Of a stretch of DNA of 62,930 bases, positions 34,437-45,000 are shown in pieces. Each line of letters opens with the position of its first letter. Positions within the stretch are counted from its first letter, which is position 1. The translations under genes were made by a program, and so were the position numbers. The notes under the pieces are model-generated. The model saw only the letters and a program-made list of their open reading frames with translations, was not told the origin of the DNA and ran no database searches. Origin of the DNA: a virus (taxonomy: Duplodnaviria > Caudoviricetes); IMG/VR virus record IMGVR_UViG_3300009164_000073, positions 1 through 62,930 of that record. One strand, given 5' to 3'.

Positions 34437-35040
34437 AGCACTAGTCATTGGCAACGGTGAGAGCCGTAGCTCGATCGACCTAGAAAACTATCGCAACGAT
34501 TACGTTCTTGTTGGCTGTAATGCCGTGCATAGAGATCTTGATGTCGATCATCTTATCTGTTGCGATAAGAGAATGGCTGAAGAAGCTGCCAACGCTACTA
34601 GCTATCCAACTATCTATACACGAACTGATTGGATCACATACTTTAAATCAACGTACCCTAATGTAGAACAATTACCAGAACTACCATATTCTGGCACTCT
34701 CAAACAGGACCTTCCTATCAACTGGGGCAGTGGCGTTTATGCGTTACTGTTAGCGACTACATTGCCGGTCAGCACTATCACAGTTATCGGATTTGATCTT
34801 TATCCGACAAACGATACTGTTAATAACATATACAAAGACACTGTAAATTATGCTAAGTCTAGCAGTAGACCAGTTGATTATTCTTATTGGGTGTACCAAA
34901 CTGCTAAACTTATAGAACTAAATCCTAACAAGACCTTTCAATTTGTCAACAATGAAGAATGGTCTATCCCATCAGAATGGAAAAAATTTAACGTACAGAG
35001 CTTGACAATAAATAGTTTTACTAGTATACTAGTTCAATAG
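34423..35040 (+). CDS. DUF115/glycosyltransferase-like Rossmann protein
   Basis: VIGNGESR, GCNA, SG..A, IGFD; GTG start assumed. Confidence 0.6.
   Translation: MTSNKALVIGNGESRSSIDLENYRNDYVLVGCNAVHRDLDVDHLICCDKRMAEEAANATSYPTIYTRTDWITYFKSTYPNVEQLPELPYSGTLKQDLPINWGSGVYALLLATTLPVSTITVIGFDLYPTNDTVNNIYKDTVNYAKSSSRPVDYSYWVYQTAKLIELNPNKTFQFVNNEEWSIPSEWKKFNVQSLTINSFTSILVQ
35002..35030 (+). promoter_or_regulatory. sigma70 promoter (with embedded TAAATA) for queD
   Basis: TTGACA-17-TATACT. Confidence 0.8.
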
Positions 35041-35049
35041 ACACACACA

Positions 35050-35096
35050 TAGAGGACTCTATGGCATCATCCCTCTTTAAACATTCTGCAGTCATC
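35050..35096 (+). promoter_or_regulatory. preQ1-I-like H-type pseudoknot (riboswitch candidate)
   Basis: P1 AGAGG/CCTCT; loop ATGGC pairs with downstream GTCAT; A-rich tail TTAAACA; in the queD 5' UTR. Confidence 0.5.
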
Positions 35097-35127
35097 AAAC
35101 TTGCTACCTATATAAAGGAGACTAGAG

Positions 35128-35613
35128 ATGGCAAAATTTTTCTCAACAAAAACGTACGGCAATGACAGAGGTCTTAGTTGCTGCTTTAGACAATGGCGTG
35201 CCACACACAGTCATTGTTCAACACTACACGGTTATTCAATCGGTATCAAACTTGTATTTGAGTGCGATACGCTAGATGACAAAAACTGGTGTATGGACTT
35301 TGGTGGACTCAAGGAATTCAAAGCCTGGGCCGATCATATGTTCGATCACACTTTGGTGATCGCTGAAGATGATCCTCATTTAGAAGTATTCAAACAACTA
35401 AATGAAATCAAAGGTGGCTTTAACGAAAGTGGAGTATGTGACCTACGCATCGTTCCAGGAGTAGGATGTGAAATGTTTGCTAAACTTGCCTATGACAAGA
35501 TGGCTGAACTATTAGCATCAGGAGATATGCGTTACCCAATTAATCCAAGTGTTCGTATTAAAACTGTAGAAGTTTTTGAACACAATGCTAATTCGGCAAC
35601 ATACGAAGGCTAA
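35128..35613 (+). CDS. queD: 6-pyruvoyl-tetrahydropterin / 6-carboxytetrahydropterin synthase
   Basis: HSHC..LHGY, DFG, FDH, GCE.FA, EVFEH. Confidence 0.85.
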   Translation: MAKFFSTKTYGNDRGLSCCFRQWRATHSHCSTLHGYSIGIKLVFECDTLDDKNWCMDFGGLKEFKAWADHMFDHTLVIAEDDPHLEVFKQLNEIKGGFNESGVCDLRIVPGVGCEMFAKLAYDKMAELLASGDMRYPINPSVRIKTVEVFEHNANSATYEG

Positions 35614-35771
35614 TGAAAAGAGTATGGCGCCTTTGGGCTAAAGCCCTAGGAGAAAAGACAGGTGCTACAGACAGCGAAGCTGATCGAATAGCACTTGTCC
35701 GGACCGTCATAGTTCTAACCTATCTTATTACAAATCTGTTTATTATCGCTGGAGTTATTAGACATTGGTAA
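35613..35771 (+). CDS. small membrane protein (52 aa)
   Basis: MKRVWRLWAKALGEK...ITNLFIIAGVIRHW; TAATG-coupled. Confidence 0.65.
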   Translation: MKRVWRLWAKALGEKTGATDSEADRIALVRTVIVLTYLITNLFIIAGVIRHW

Positions 35772-36454
35772 CTATTTTATGCGTTCGCTTCGGCAAGAAG
35801 TACGGTAAAGAATATGTAGAACGACTGCGTAATATGGTCGCTAGACATTGCACCGTTCCTTACGAGTTTGTCTGCCTAACAGACGATGATCGCCCAATCG
35901 ATGGTGTTAGATTAATTGTAGAATCAAATGCTGGCTATCAACGAGGGTGGTGGCATAAGGTTCATATGTTTAAACCTGATCTCGATGTGTCAGAAAGAGT
36001 TTTATATTTTGATCTCGACACTGTTATTATTGAAAACATTGATAAACTAGTCGACTATACCACAGAGTTCGTTGGCATCCGTGACTTCAATAGACAGTTT
36101 CATCCTAATTGGAACATACTAAACAGTTCTATTATGACCTGGTTACATCAATCCGAAAGCGATATTTGGGAAAAATTTGCGGCCAATCCACAGGCAGCGC
36201 AGACACTTGCTGGAGATCAGGATTGGATATATCGTGTGGCCAAGGATAGAATTATATATTACCCGAGAGATTGGGTTATGAGTTATAAATGGGAAATACG
36301 ATCCAAAGAAGAACTTGTGTTCATCGATGGCGTTCGTAAGTTCAAAGAGCCAAAAAATCCCGAAATCCCTAAAGACTGTAGTGTACTGGTCTTTCACGGT
36401 GATCCAAAACCAGAGGATGTAACGGATCCAGTAGTTGTTGACAACTGGCGATAA
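35765..36454 (+). CDS. GT-A (GT8-like) glycosyltransferase
   Basis: WW.K, YFDLD (DxD), NSS, GDQ, FHG.PKP. Confidence 0.8.
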   Translation: MVTILCVRFGKKYGKEYVERLRNMVARHCTVPYEFVCLTDDDRPIDGVRLIVESNAGYQRGWWHKVHMFKPDLDVSERVLYFDLDTVIIENIDKLVDYTTEFVGIRDFNRQFHPNWNILNSSIMTWLHQSESDIWEKFAANPQAAQTLAGDQDWIYRVAKDRIIYYPRDWVMSYKWEIRSKEELVFIDGVRKFKEPKNPEIPKDCSVLVFHGDPKPEDVTDPVVVDNWR

Positions 36455-36466
36455 AGGTGTTATACT
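36438..36466 (+). promoter_or_regulatory. sigma70 promoter
   Basis: TTGACA-17-TATACT; ATG 6 nt downstream. Confidence 0.8.
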
Positions 36467-36472
36467 AGTAGT

Positions 36473-36703
36473 ATGCAAATTACTACTCACCACAGTCAAA
36501 TTCGTACAATCAAACAAGACGATTCACGATTTCGCATCGTTGATAAATTTACAACCTGCGGTAGAGCGGGGTTTGAAATTTCAAAACAATGCCCGCGTGA
36601 GTACGGATTGATATTAGCCGAATGTATTGATCGGGGCTGGATCAAACCTGTGGCCTATATGACAGAACGTGAACTTCTTATTTCAGGATTATCTAATGGT
36701 TAA
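36473..36703 (+). CDS. hypothetical protein
   Basis: ORF at the predicted TSS. Confidence 0.6.
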   Translation: MQITTHHSQIRTIKQDDSRFRIVDKFTTCGRAGFEISKQCPREYGLILAECIDRGWIKPVAYMTERELLISGLSNG

Positions 36704-37721
36704 ACGCATAGGCTTTGCCTGCAAATGGATCGATGGCCCGTCACAGATCGATGGTATCAAACAAAAAGACGACTGCAAACAGTATAATACAGGCAGTACT
36801 ACCGTTGCCTGGTTAAATAGACAGACAACAGAAGTTGCAGAACAAAAGCTCTGGGACCTAATGGTAGGTAACATCGAAAGTGTTCGCAAACTTGTTGAAA
36901 AGGTAGGAACACTTGATGAAAATCTTAGAATGGTACGACTCAGTAGCGATATCCTTCCTGTCTACACTGAGCCTACTTGGGGCCGGTTTTGGCGGGATTC
37001 CGATGTACGAGCCTATTGCGAGAGAGCATTTCTCACCGTCGGCGATTTGGCTCGCCAGAATAATGTTCGGCTTAGTATGCACCCTGGGCAGTTTACTGTG
37101 CTGGCATCTGATTCAGATGATATTGTAAATAGATCAATTGAAGAATTTGAATACCACGTGGATATGGCTCGCTGGATGGGCTATGGTAAAACGTTTCAAG
37201 ACTTTAAAATCAATGTGCATATCGCAGGCCGAAGAGGCCCAATGGGAATACGTGCTGCATTGGGCAGGATGACACCCGAAGCTCGAAATACTCTTACAAT
37301 CGAAAACGATGAAATGACTTGGGGTATCGAAGACAGTATCGAATTAGTTAATGATTGTGCGTTAGTTCTTGACATCCACCACCATTGGGTTAAGACTGGA
37401 GAATATATTGAAGCAAATGACGACCGTGTTAAAAAGGTTATTGATAGTTGGCGTGGTGTTCGCCCTGTGCTACATTATAGTGTCAGTAGGGAGGACATAC
37501 TTGTTGGACACCCCACAGATAGCGCACCCGTTCTTGAGACATTACTTCTAGAAGGATACAAAAAGCAAAAGCTCAGAGCACATTCAAACTTTTACTGGAA
37601 TCCAGTAGTGAATGAATGGGCACTGAGCTTTAGAGATTCACACGATATAATGTGCGAAAGCAAGGCTAAGAATTTAGCCAGCTTTGCTCTCTACCAACAA
37701 TCTTTAAGCCTGGGGCTTTGA
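36696..37721 (+). CDS. uvsE: UV damage endonuclease
   Basis: RIGFAC, RLSSD, RLSMHPGQF, IENDE, LDIHHH, RAHS, IMCESKAK. Confidence 0.9.
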   Translation: MVKRIGFACKWIDGPSQIDGIKQKDDCKQYNTGSTTVAWLNRQTTEVAEQKLWDLMVGNIESVRKLVEKVGTLDENLRMVRLSSDILPVYTEPTWGRFWRDSDVRAYCERAFLTVGDLARQNNVRLSMHPGQFTVLASDSDDIVNRSIEEFEYHVDMARWMGYGKTFQDFKINVHIAGRRGPMGIRAALGRMTPEARNTLTIENDEMTWGIEDSIELVNDCALVLDIHHHWVKTGEYIEANDDRVKKVIDSWRGVRPVLHYSVSREDILVGHPTDSAPVLETLLLEGYKKQKLRAHSNFYWNPVVNEWALSFRDSHDIMCESKAKNLASFALYQQSLSLGL

Positions 37722-37946
37722 TTTTGGTTTGCGTGGCGCTTTTTTAGGTGCAGCTGGCTTTTGACCTGCTGGCTTTTTAGGCGCTGGCTTCTTTGCAGGT
37801 TTAGCAATTGATGTAACAACAGCTTCAGAAGCTTTTTCCGCTACAGGAGTAGGTGCAACTGGTGCTTCTACTTTGTATGGAACTTCTGGTGCTGTAGTAG
37901 CTTCTGCTGGCTTAGAACCAAATAGTTTTTTAATAAATCCGATCAT
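37704..37946 (-). CDS. Pro/Ala/Lys-rich small protein
   Basis: MIGFIKKLFG amphipathic start, KKPA repeats; AAGGAG RBS and TAAATA upstream. Confidence 0.7.
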   Translation of the reverse strand: MIGFIKKLFGSKPAEATTAPEVPYKVEAPVAPTPVAEKASEAVVTSIAKPAKKPAPKKPAGQKPAAPKKAPRKPKSKPQA

Positions 37947-38001
37947 ATCGAAATCTCCTTAGGAGTTTTATTTACTTCAATTTGCAGGCTTAAATACAAA
38001 T

Positions 38002-38385
38002 ATGGCATATTCAGACAAAGTTATCGATCATTACGAAAACCCGAGAAACGTTGGATCTTTTCCAAAAGACGATCCTAGTGTTGGCACGGGTATGGTTGGC
38101 GCTCCTGCTTGTGGCGATGTAATGAAACTACAAATAAAGGTGAACGACAATGGCATTATTGAGGACGCAAAATTTAAAACTTACGGTTGCGGTTCAGCGA
38201 TTGCTTCGTCGTCATTGGTTACGGAATGGCTTAAAGGGAAGACGCTGGACGAGGCAGGAACAATTAAGAATGCTGAAATCGCTACAGAATTGGCGTTGCC
38301 CCCAGTTAAAATACATTGTTCCATCCTTGCAGAAGATGCTATCAAGGCGGCTGTAAATGATTACCGTAACCGACACAGCATATAA
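38002..38385 (+). CDS. iscU: Fe-S cluster scaffold
   Basis: DHYENPRNVG, GAPACGD, GCGSAIAS, LPPVKIHC. Confidence 0.95.
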   Translation: MAYSDKVIDHYENPRNVGSFPKDDPSVGTGMVGAPACGDVMKLQIKVNDNGIIEDAKFKTYGCGSAIASSSLVTEWLKGKTLDEAGTIKNAEIATELALPPVKIHCSILAEDAIKAAVNDYRNRHSI

Positions 38386-38683
38386 AAAGATCAAACAGAA
38401 TTTAGAAAAGCGCGGCAAAGGTGTCGGAATTCGGTTAGGTGTAAAAACCACAGGCTGTAGTGGATTGGCATACACTATAGAATATGTAGATGCGTACACA
38501 GCAGAACCAGGTGTAACCAATTATGCCCAACGAGATTTTGTTGTGTTAGTAGATGCAAAGAGTTTAGCCTATCTAAACGGGCTAACAGTAGATTGGGTTC
38601 GCAACGGACTCAACGAAGGGTTTGACTTTGTCAATCCAAATGAACGTGATCGCTGTGGGTGTGGCGAATCGTTTAGAGTCTAG
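38357..38683 (+). CDS. iscA: A-type Fe-S carrier
   Basis: GCSG, NPN...CGCGESF. Confidence 0.95.
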   Translation: MITVTDTAYKKIKQNLEKRGKGVGIRLGVKTTGCSGLAYTIEYVDAYTAEPGVTNYAQRDFVVLVDAKSLAYLNGLTVDWVRNGLNEGFDFVNPNERDRCGCGESFRV

Positions 38684-38967
38684 TACTTACCTACGGGTAA
38701 CGTAGTACTAGCTGGCATATCCCAAATTTGTTTACGTTCGACGCCTTTGCGTTGTGCAAATCTCTTATGATCACAATTCGAACAGCAATGGAAATAGTTA
38801 TTGCTCAATCTCTTTCTCGCAATTTTCTTTAGATCACGATGAAACATCTCATCACAATTGTCACAACGAAACTCAGCAACTGTTTTGAGTTTTGAATAAC
38901 AATGCTCTTTACCTAGCTTGCTGACCCTTATATATTCGGTTATCTGTTGTCGTGTACGAAGGAACAT
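38680..38967 (-). CDS. putative zinc-binding protein
   Basis: CDNC and CSNC pairs; basic. Confidence 0.65.
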   Translation of the reverse strand: MFLRTRQQITEYIRVSKLGKEHCYSKLKTVAEFRCDNCDEMFHRDLKKIARKRLSNNYFHCCSNCDHKRFAQRKGVERKQIWDMPASTTLPVGKY

Positions 38968-39038
38968 ATTGTATTTACATTAGGCTTTTAAAAATTTGGG
39001 CTAAATACTCCAGTAAGCATTAAATCTTGGGATGAGCT

Positions 39039-42000
39039 ATGGCAAGAAAAATAATTGATATTGGTACAGTTGGTAATGACGGTACAGGCGATAGTATTCG
39101 CGATTCGTTTAATAAAGTTAACGACAACTTCTTAGAACTATACAGTTCCTTAGGATTAGGTGATAGACTTAAATTCACAGGACTTTCAGATGTTCCGACA
39201 TCTTATATAGGACAAGAAGGCGCAGTACTTACAGTTAATCAAACTACAACCGGACTTAAATTTAAACAAATTACCCCTGGTGTAGGTATAACGATTGATA
39301 CAACTACTAACGCTAATGAGATCAAGCTCAACGCAGTATTCTCACGTATCTCGGCAGACAAATCACCGCAACTAGGCGGAGATCTTAGCGCCACAAGTGG
39401 CGGTATTAATTATCGAATTAAAGATCTTTCAACACCGATTTTTGTTAATGAAGCGGCAAACAAAGGCTACGTTGACACTAAAATATCTAGAGCAGGGGTA
39501 TACACTATAGATCCTGCTACAAATACTACCAATTCCGCAGCAGGACGTATGACTGGGCCATTGATCCTAAGTCGAAACCCAGAACCAGAAGATGACACAG
39601 TCTATGACGGATTAATTGCTGCTACTAAATCATATGTTGATAATGCAGCGTTTGGATCGATCGCTAACTTATACGTTGCTACGTCAGGACAGGATGCTCG
39701 AGTTGGAGTATCCGACGAACTTCAAGGTCGTGCGTTAGCCTACGCTTATCGCACGGTTGAAGCAGCACTAAGACGTGCTGAAGAATTAATGTTAGAGTCC
39801 CGAGTTGAAATCGGCCCTTACAAAAAGACACTGACTTACAGTAACGGAGCTGGTGTCTGTACACTAAGCAACATTGGAGTATCTAACGAGTCAGGCACAG
39901 GATTTTCTGCTGCTGCGTTAATGAGTGTAGACGTTGCTATATTAAGTTCTCCCGGTGCTAACTATCAAGTAAACGATATCATAACTATTTCCGGTGGAAC
40001 TGTTGCAACCAGCGGACAACGAGCAACCATTAAAGTATTGAGCACTACTGCAAGTCCTGGTGCTATTGTTACATTTTCTATTATTTCAACCGGTGTATAC
40101 TCAGCTGTTCCGGGCAACCTAGCAATATCAACTACCAGCAACAGCGCCTTTGGATCTGGTGCAAAGTTTGATCTGACCTATAAAGTCAACAATATAAAGA
40201 TCAATAACCCAGGTACGGGATACGGATTGGTATCTGTTCGAATTACCGGCGGTGGCGGAAGTGGTGCGTTTGGTGTTGCCAACGTTGTCGGTGGAACAAT
40301 TAACAGTGTTAGTATTACCGATCCAGGTACTGGATTTACCAGTGTTCCAACAGTGGTTGCCAACCTTCCAACATTCGCTATCTACACAGCAGGTTTAAAA
40401 ACTGACTTCACCGGTAACTATGCTTCAAACACATTAACTGCGGCAGCGACTAGAGATATTCGTCCAGGCCTGTATCTACGAGGCGAAACATCTGGTGCGT
40501 TAGCGCAGATTCTAACACATACCGGAGACCTTGACGGACAAGGTAACGAACTATTTGACGTTGATATTGTCTACGGTAACTTTGTTATCGGCGAAGCTAT
40601 CTCATACGGTGACATAACTAAAAACAAACAGATTACTGTGTTTATTGAAAGTGGTACATATGAAGAAAACTATCCGTTAAAAGTACCTCAAAACGTTTCG
40701 ATCATCGGGGATGAATTTAGACGTGTTATTATTAGACCAAGACCGGGTTCTAGTTCAAGTCCGTGGTCATTTCAAAATTTTAGAAGAGATCTAACTGTTG
40801 ACGGTATCACTACTGCATCAACACTTTTCGGTAATCATTACTTAACAAACCCAGCTCAACCAGTCTATCCGATCGTTGTTAACGCAGGAAAGTATAAAGC
40901 GGCTGCTCAATTACTGTATCTTAATAAATTTTTCATCCAAGAAGAACTGATCGGTTGGATTGATTATCAAGTAACAAATCGAATCGAACCATTCGATGGC
41001 GGATACGTTTTTAATTCTGCAAAATGTTCTAGAGACGTAGGACTAATTATCGAAGCAGTATTAGCTGATACAGTTCTAGGAAGCACATACCTTTCTACTG
41101 CTGCCGGTATTTCATACCTACGTTCTTATAGCAGTGTTGTAACTACATCACAGAAAGCACAGACAATCGCTGGTATTAACAAAGCCAGAGATTTAGTACT
41201 AACTACAATCTATGGTTCATCGACTTATGTAAGTTCATCAACTAAGATTACGGCACTGTTTAAAATTGTCACTGATATTATTCAATCGTTATCATATCCA
41301 ACAGCCACATTAACGTATGAAAACCCGTCAAGCATCACTACTGACGGAACTCGCGCTAAAAATATTTTAGTTGCTAACAGATCATTTATAAGAGATGAGG
41401 TAATTGGCTATCTTGCCGACTCTGGTATCGCTGCAGGTATTACCAGCTATGATGCAGTAAAATTTAGTCGCAATATTGGCTATCTTGTTGATGCAGTTGT
41501 ATTCGATCTAACATACAGCAGTACAAGTCAGTCTATTTTGTATGGTCAATCTTTTTACAATGCAGCTGGAGCAATTGCATTTGTATGGGAAAGAAATACA
41601 TTTGCTTCGGCTCTTACACAACTTAAAGTTATTATTCCACAGGTTATATCAAACAGCACTAGCTGGGCAAATAAATCTAGTTCAAACACAACCAGTCAAG
41701 TTATAAATTTAACCGCAGCCTCGAGCAGCGGCGCATCTGCAACAAAACTAAATGCAGCAGTTGACATTATTAAAGATATTGTGGCTAACGGTATTAATGC
41801 ACCATCCTCAATTACTCCAGTACCACCAACTTATACCGATGGCGTTAATGCTCCAGCAAATGCCAATCGACTTACAGTTATCGCTGCTAAGACAACTATA
41901 CAGGCGCAGACGATTGCGTTCCTAAATGCTGAATACAACTCAGGAATATTCAGTTACAATGCTAGATTATGTAAAAGAGATGCTGGACTAATTGTCGATG

Positions 42001-45000
42001 CATTGGTATTTGATCTACGCTATGGTGGATATAATCGTACAATATCTGCGGCGCTGAAGTATTTTCAAAGTGTTAGCGCATTAATCGCAATTACCACACA
42101 GTTAGAACAAACTGTGGCAGCAATGTTAAAAATTGCCAGCTTGGCAAGAAGTGTTATCCAAAATACATCAGCAGCAGTGGCAGGACCGTTCAGTGGTTAC
42201 TATCAAGAAGCAGCGGCCCAAATTATTGATCAGGCCTATATCTATGAAGTAGGAACTCCGGCGATTCTCACTAACTTGATAAATGCTGTTATTGATATCA
42301 TTAGCGGATCTACTGCTTTAAATCTTCCAAAAGACAATAATAAACTAGACGTATTCTTGTGCAACGATGCAGTGATGATTAGAAAGGTCAGCGCACAAGG
42401 CCAAGGTGGCTTTATGATGGTGCTAGATCCGCAAGGTCAGATTCTTGCTAAATCGCCGTACTGTCAGGAATCAGCGTCCTTCATCGGATCCACTGGCCGT
42501 AAACAATTTGCAGGCGGTATGTTCGTTGATGGATTTGCAGGTAACTTAGAATTTAGAATGTCAGCAGCAGCCAGTACTACTAAGATTTCTATTACTGGTC
42601 TAGATCGATTCCCTAATTTGCCAGCTTCGGTTATTGTTACTGATAGTGTATATAGATTAAACTATGTTAGAGATTTTGTATACGGCCCAGCCGGTACATT
42701 TAGTTATGATCAAACAGCATTTTCAACCAACATTGGTAGAATCGTTAATGCGGCATTAGACGATTTAATATTTTCAACAAACTATCGTTCAATTACTGTG
42801 GGGCTATCTTATCTACAGAGTTCTACGATACAGCAACAGCGGGTTCAAACAATAGCAGGTATCAACAAAGCTAAAGAATATGTATTAGCATTGATATCAG
42901 ACCCTACTGAGAAGGCAGCAATTACTGCATCAATTGGTATTGTTACAACTATTATTAATAGCAGTGCCGCAAGCAGTGCTCCGGCGCTAACATATACCAA
43001 TCCTCTTAATACAGCGTCCGGCGTTATCAATGGTGCTAGAGAGTTAATTGCCAACAGAGATTTCTTGATCGATGAAGTTATTTCATATATCAATGCTAAC
43101 CTAAGTCCAGAAGTTGTCTCAGGATATAATGAAGCTACACGACGAATTTCAGTTGGAGTACTTGTCGATGCACTGGCTTTCGACTTGTTCTATGGCGGTA
43201 ATAGTGCGTCTGTGGCTGCTGGTAAGTTATACTACGACGATGCCGGAGTTAGTATTCTTGGACTGCAAACTAGCCTAGTGGTATCAGCAAAAACTCGATT
43301 AAAGAATATCATTGGATTTGTAATCCAAGGTAATACCGGATGGACGAAGAATACCTCGTTAGTACAAAGTACTGCGCAAGGCGCTGGCTCTGCCGGAGCT
43401 GCTACAACCGTTAGTAACCTTATACAGGTTGTTATTGATATCATCAATACTGGTTTGTCTGCTGCACCGTCAGTGGTTAATCCAACTTATGTCAACGGGG
43501 CGAACTATGCATCTTACAGTACCGATAGAGCAACCATTGTTGCTGGTCTAAGTACTGTTCAATCAAACGTTATTAAATTTATAAATTCAACCTATGGTGC
43601 AGGCGGAAGTTCAGCAACTATTGTTTTAGATCCATCAACACCATATATATTTGACGTTGGTCCACAAAACTGTACAATCAGTAATGCAAGTCCGGCAGTT
43701 ATCACAAAAGTAAGTCATAATTTACAAGCTGGCGCTACATTGGTATTTTCGTCAACAGGTACATTACCAAGCGGACTTGTTGCAGGTCAACGATATTATG
43801 TTCTTCTTGATGGGCTAGGTGCAAACTTCTTCCGAGTTACAGACACATTAGGAAGCATTACTCCAGTAGCAACTACATCGGCAGGATCAGGTACACACAT
43901 TTACGATCGTATCTATGAAATCTTGATGCCTGGTAACAGATCTATGTTGTCAAACGACTTTACACAGATCGCAGACTTAGGCTATGGAGTTATTGCAACC
44001 AACGGAGGTTTAACAGAAGCAGTATCGATGTTTACATACTACTGTCAGATCAGTTACTACTCGATCAATGGTGGTCAGATTCGAAGCATCGCTGGATCAT
44101 CAGCACACGGTAGATTCGCCCTAGTCGCTGAAGGCAGCGATCCATTAGAAGTTCCAACGCCAACTGATCTATATTATAACCTATCACAAGCAGTTAGCTG
44201 TTACTACCCAACCGGTAATTATTCAAACTCTGTACAAGGCGTAGTTATCTATATTAACAATTACAGCTATGTTCCGTTGCCTAACTCAGAACTTGAAGTT
44301 GATCACGGAAACGGTATCTTATATCGATATCCTGTAAACTCTGCATATATTGGCAGCGACTTGCCTGCAGGTGTTGCTCGACTAACACTCGGTTCATCAA
44401 CTGGTGCTACTGGATTATCGGGACTGTATGCATCAGTTCCAGACGGTACAATTATGACTGTAAGACAAAGTCAGTCATTGATGTTGTCTGGCAATTTAGC
44501 TGGTGTAACCGTTAGACCATCAACTGGTTTAGTGTTTACAGAATCATCAACAAACGTATATCGTGTATTACAATTTACAGATTATACAGATCCATTGGGT
44601 CCATTTACCTGTACAATAAGCACAGCCACTCCTGCAGTTATTACTAAAGCCGATCACGGTCTACTGGTAAATTATCCGGTCGTGTTTTCAACGTCAGGTG
44701 CATTGCCTGCAGGAATTACAGCTGGCCAAACCTATTATGTTCTAGGAACTAATTTAACTCAAAATACATTTACAATATCAACATTGAAAGGTGGTGGAGC
44801 TGTTGCTACAACTGCTAACGGGTCTGGCGTACACAAATACACTCCAACAGGTATTACAACTACCCTGTTGAGAGAAAACTATAGCTATATCTATCTAACA
44901 GTATATCAACCGAACGATTACTCTGCAATAGCAACTACTGCTACTGCTACTGCTACAACAACTGCGTCGATGACTGGTTCAAGTATCAGCGGCACTACAT

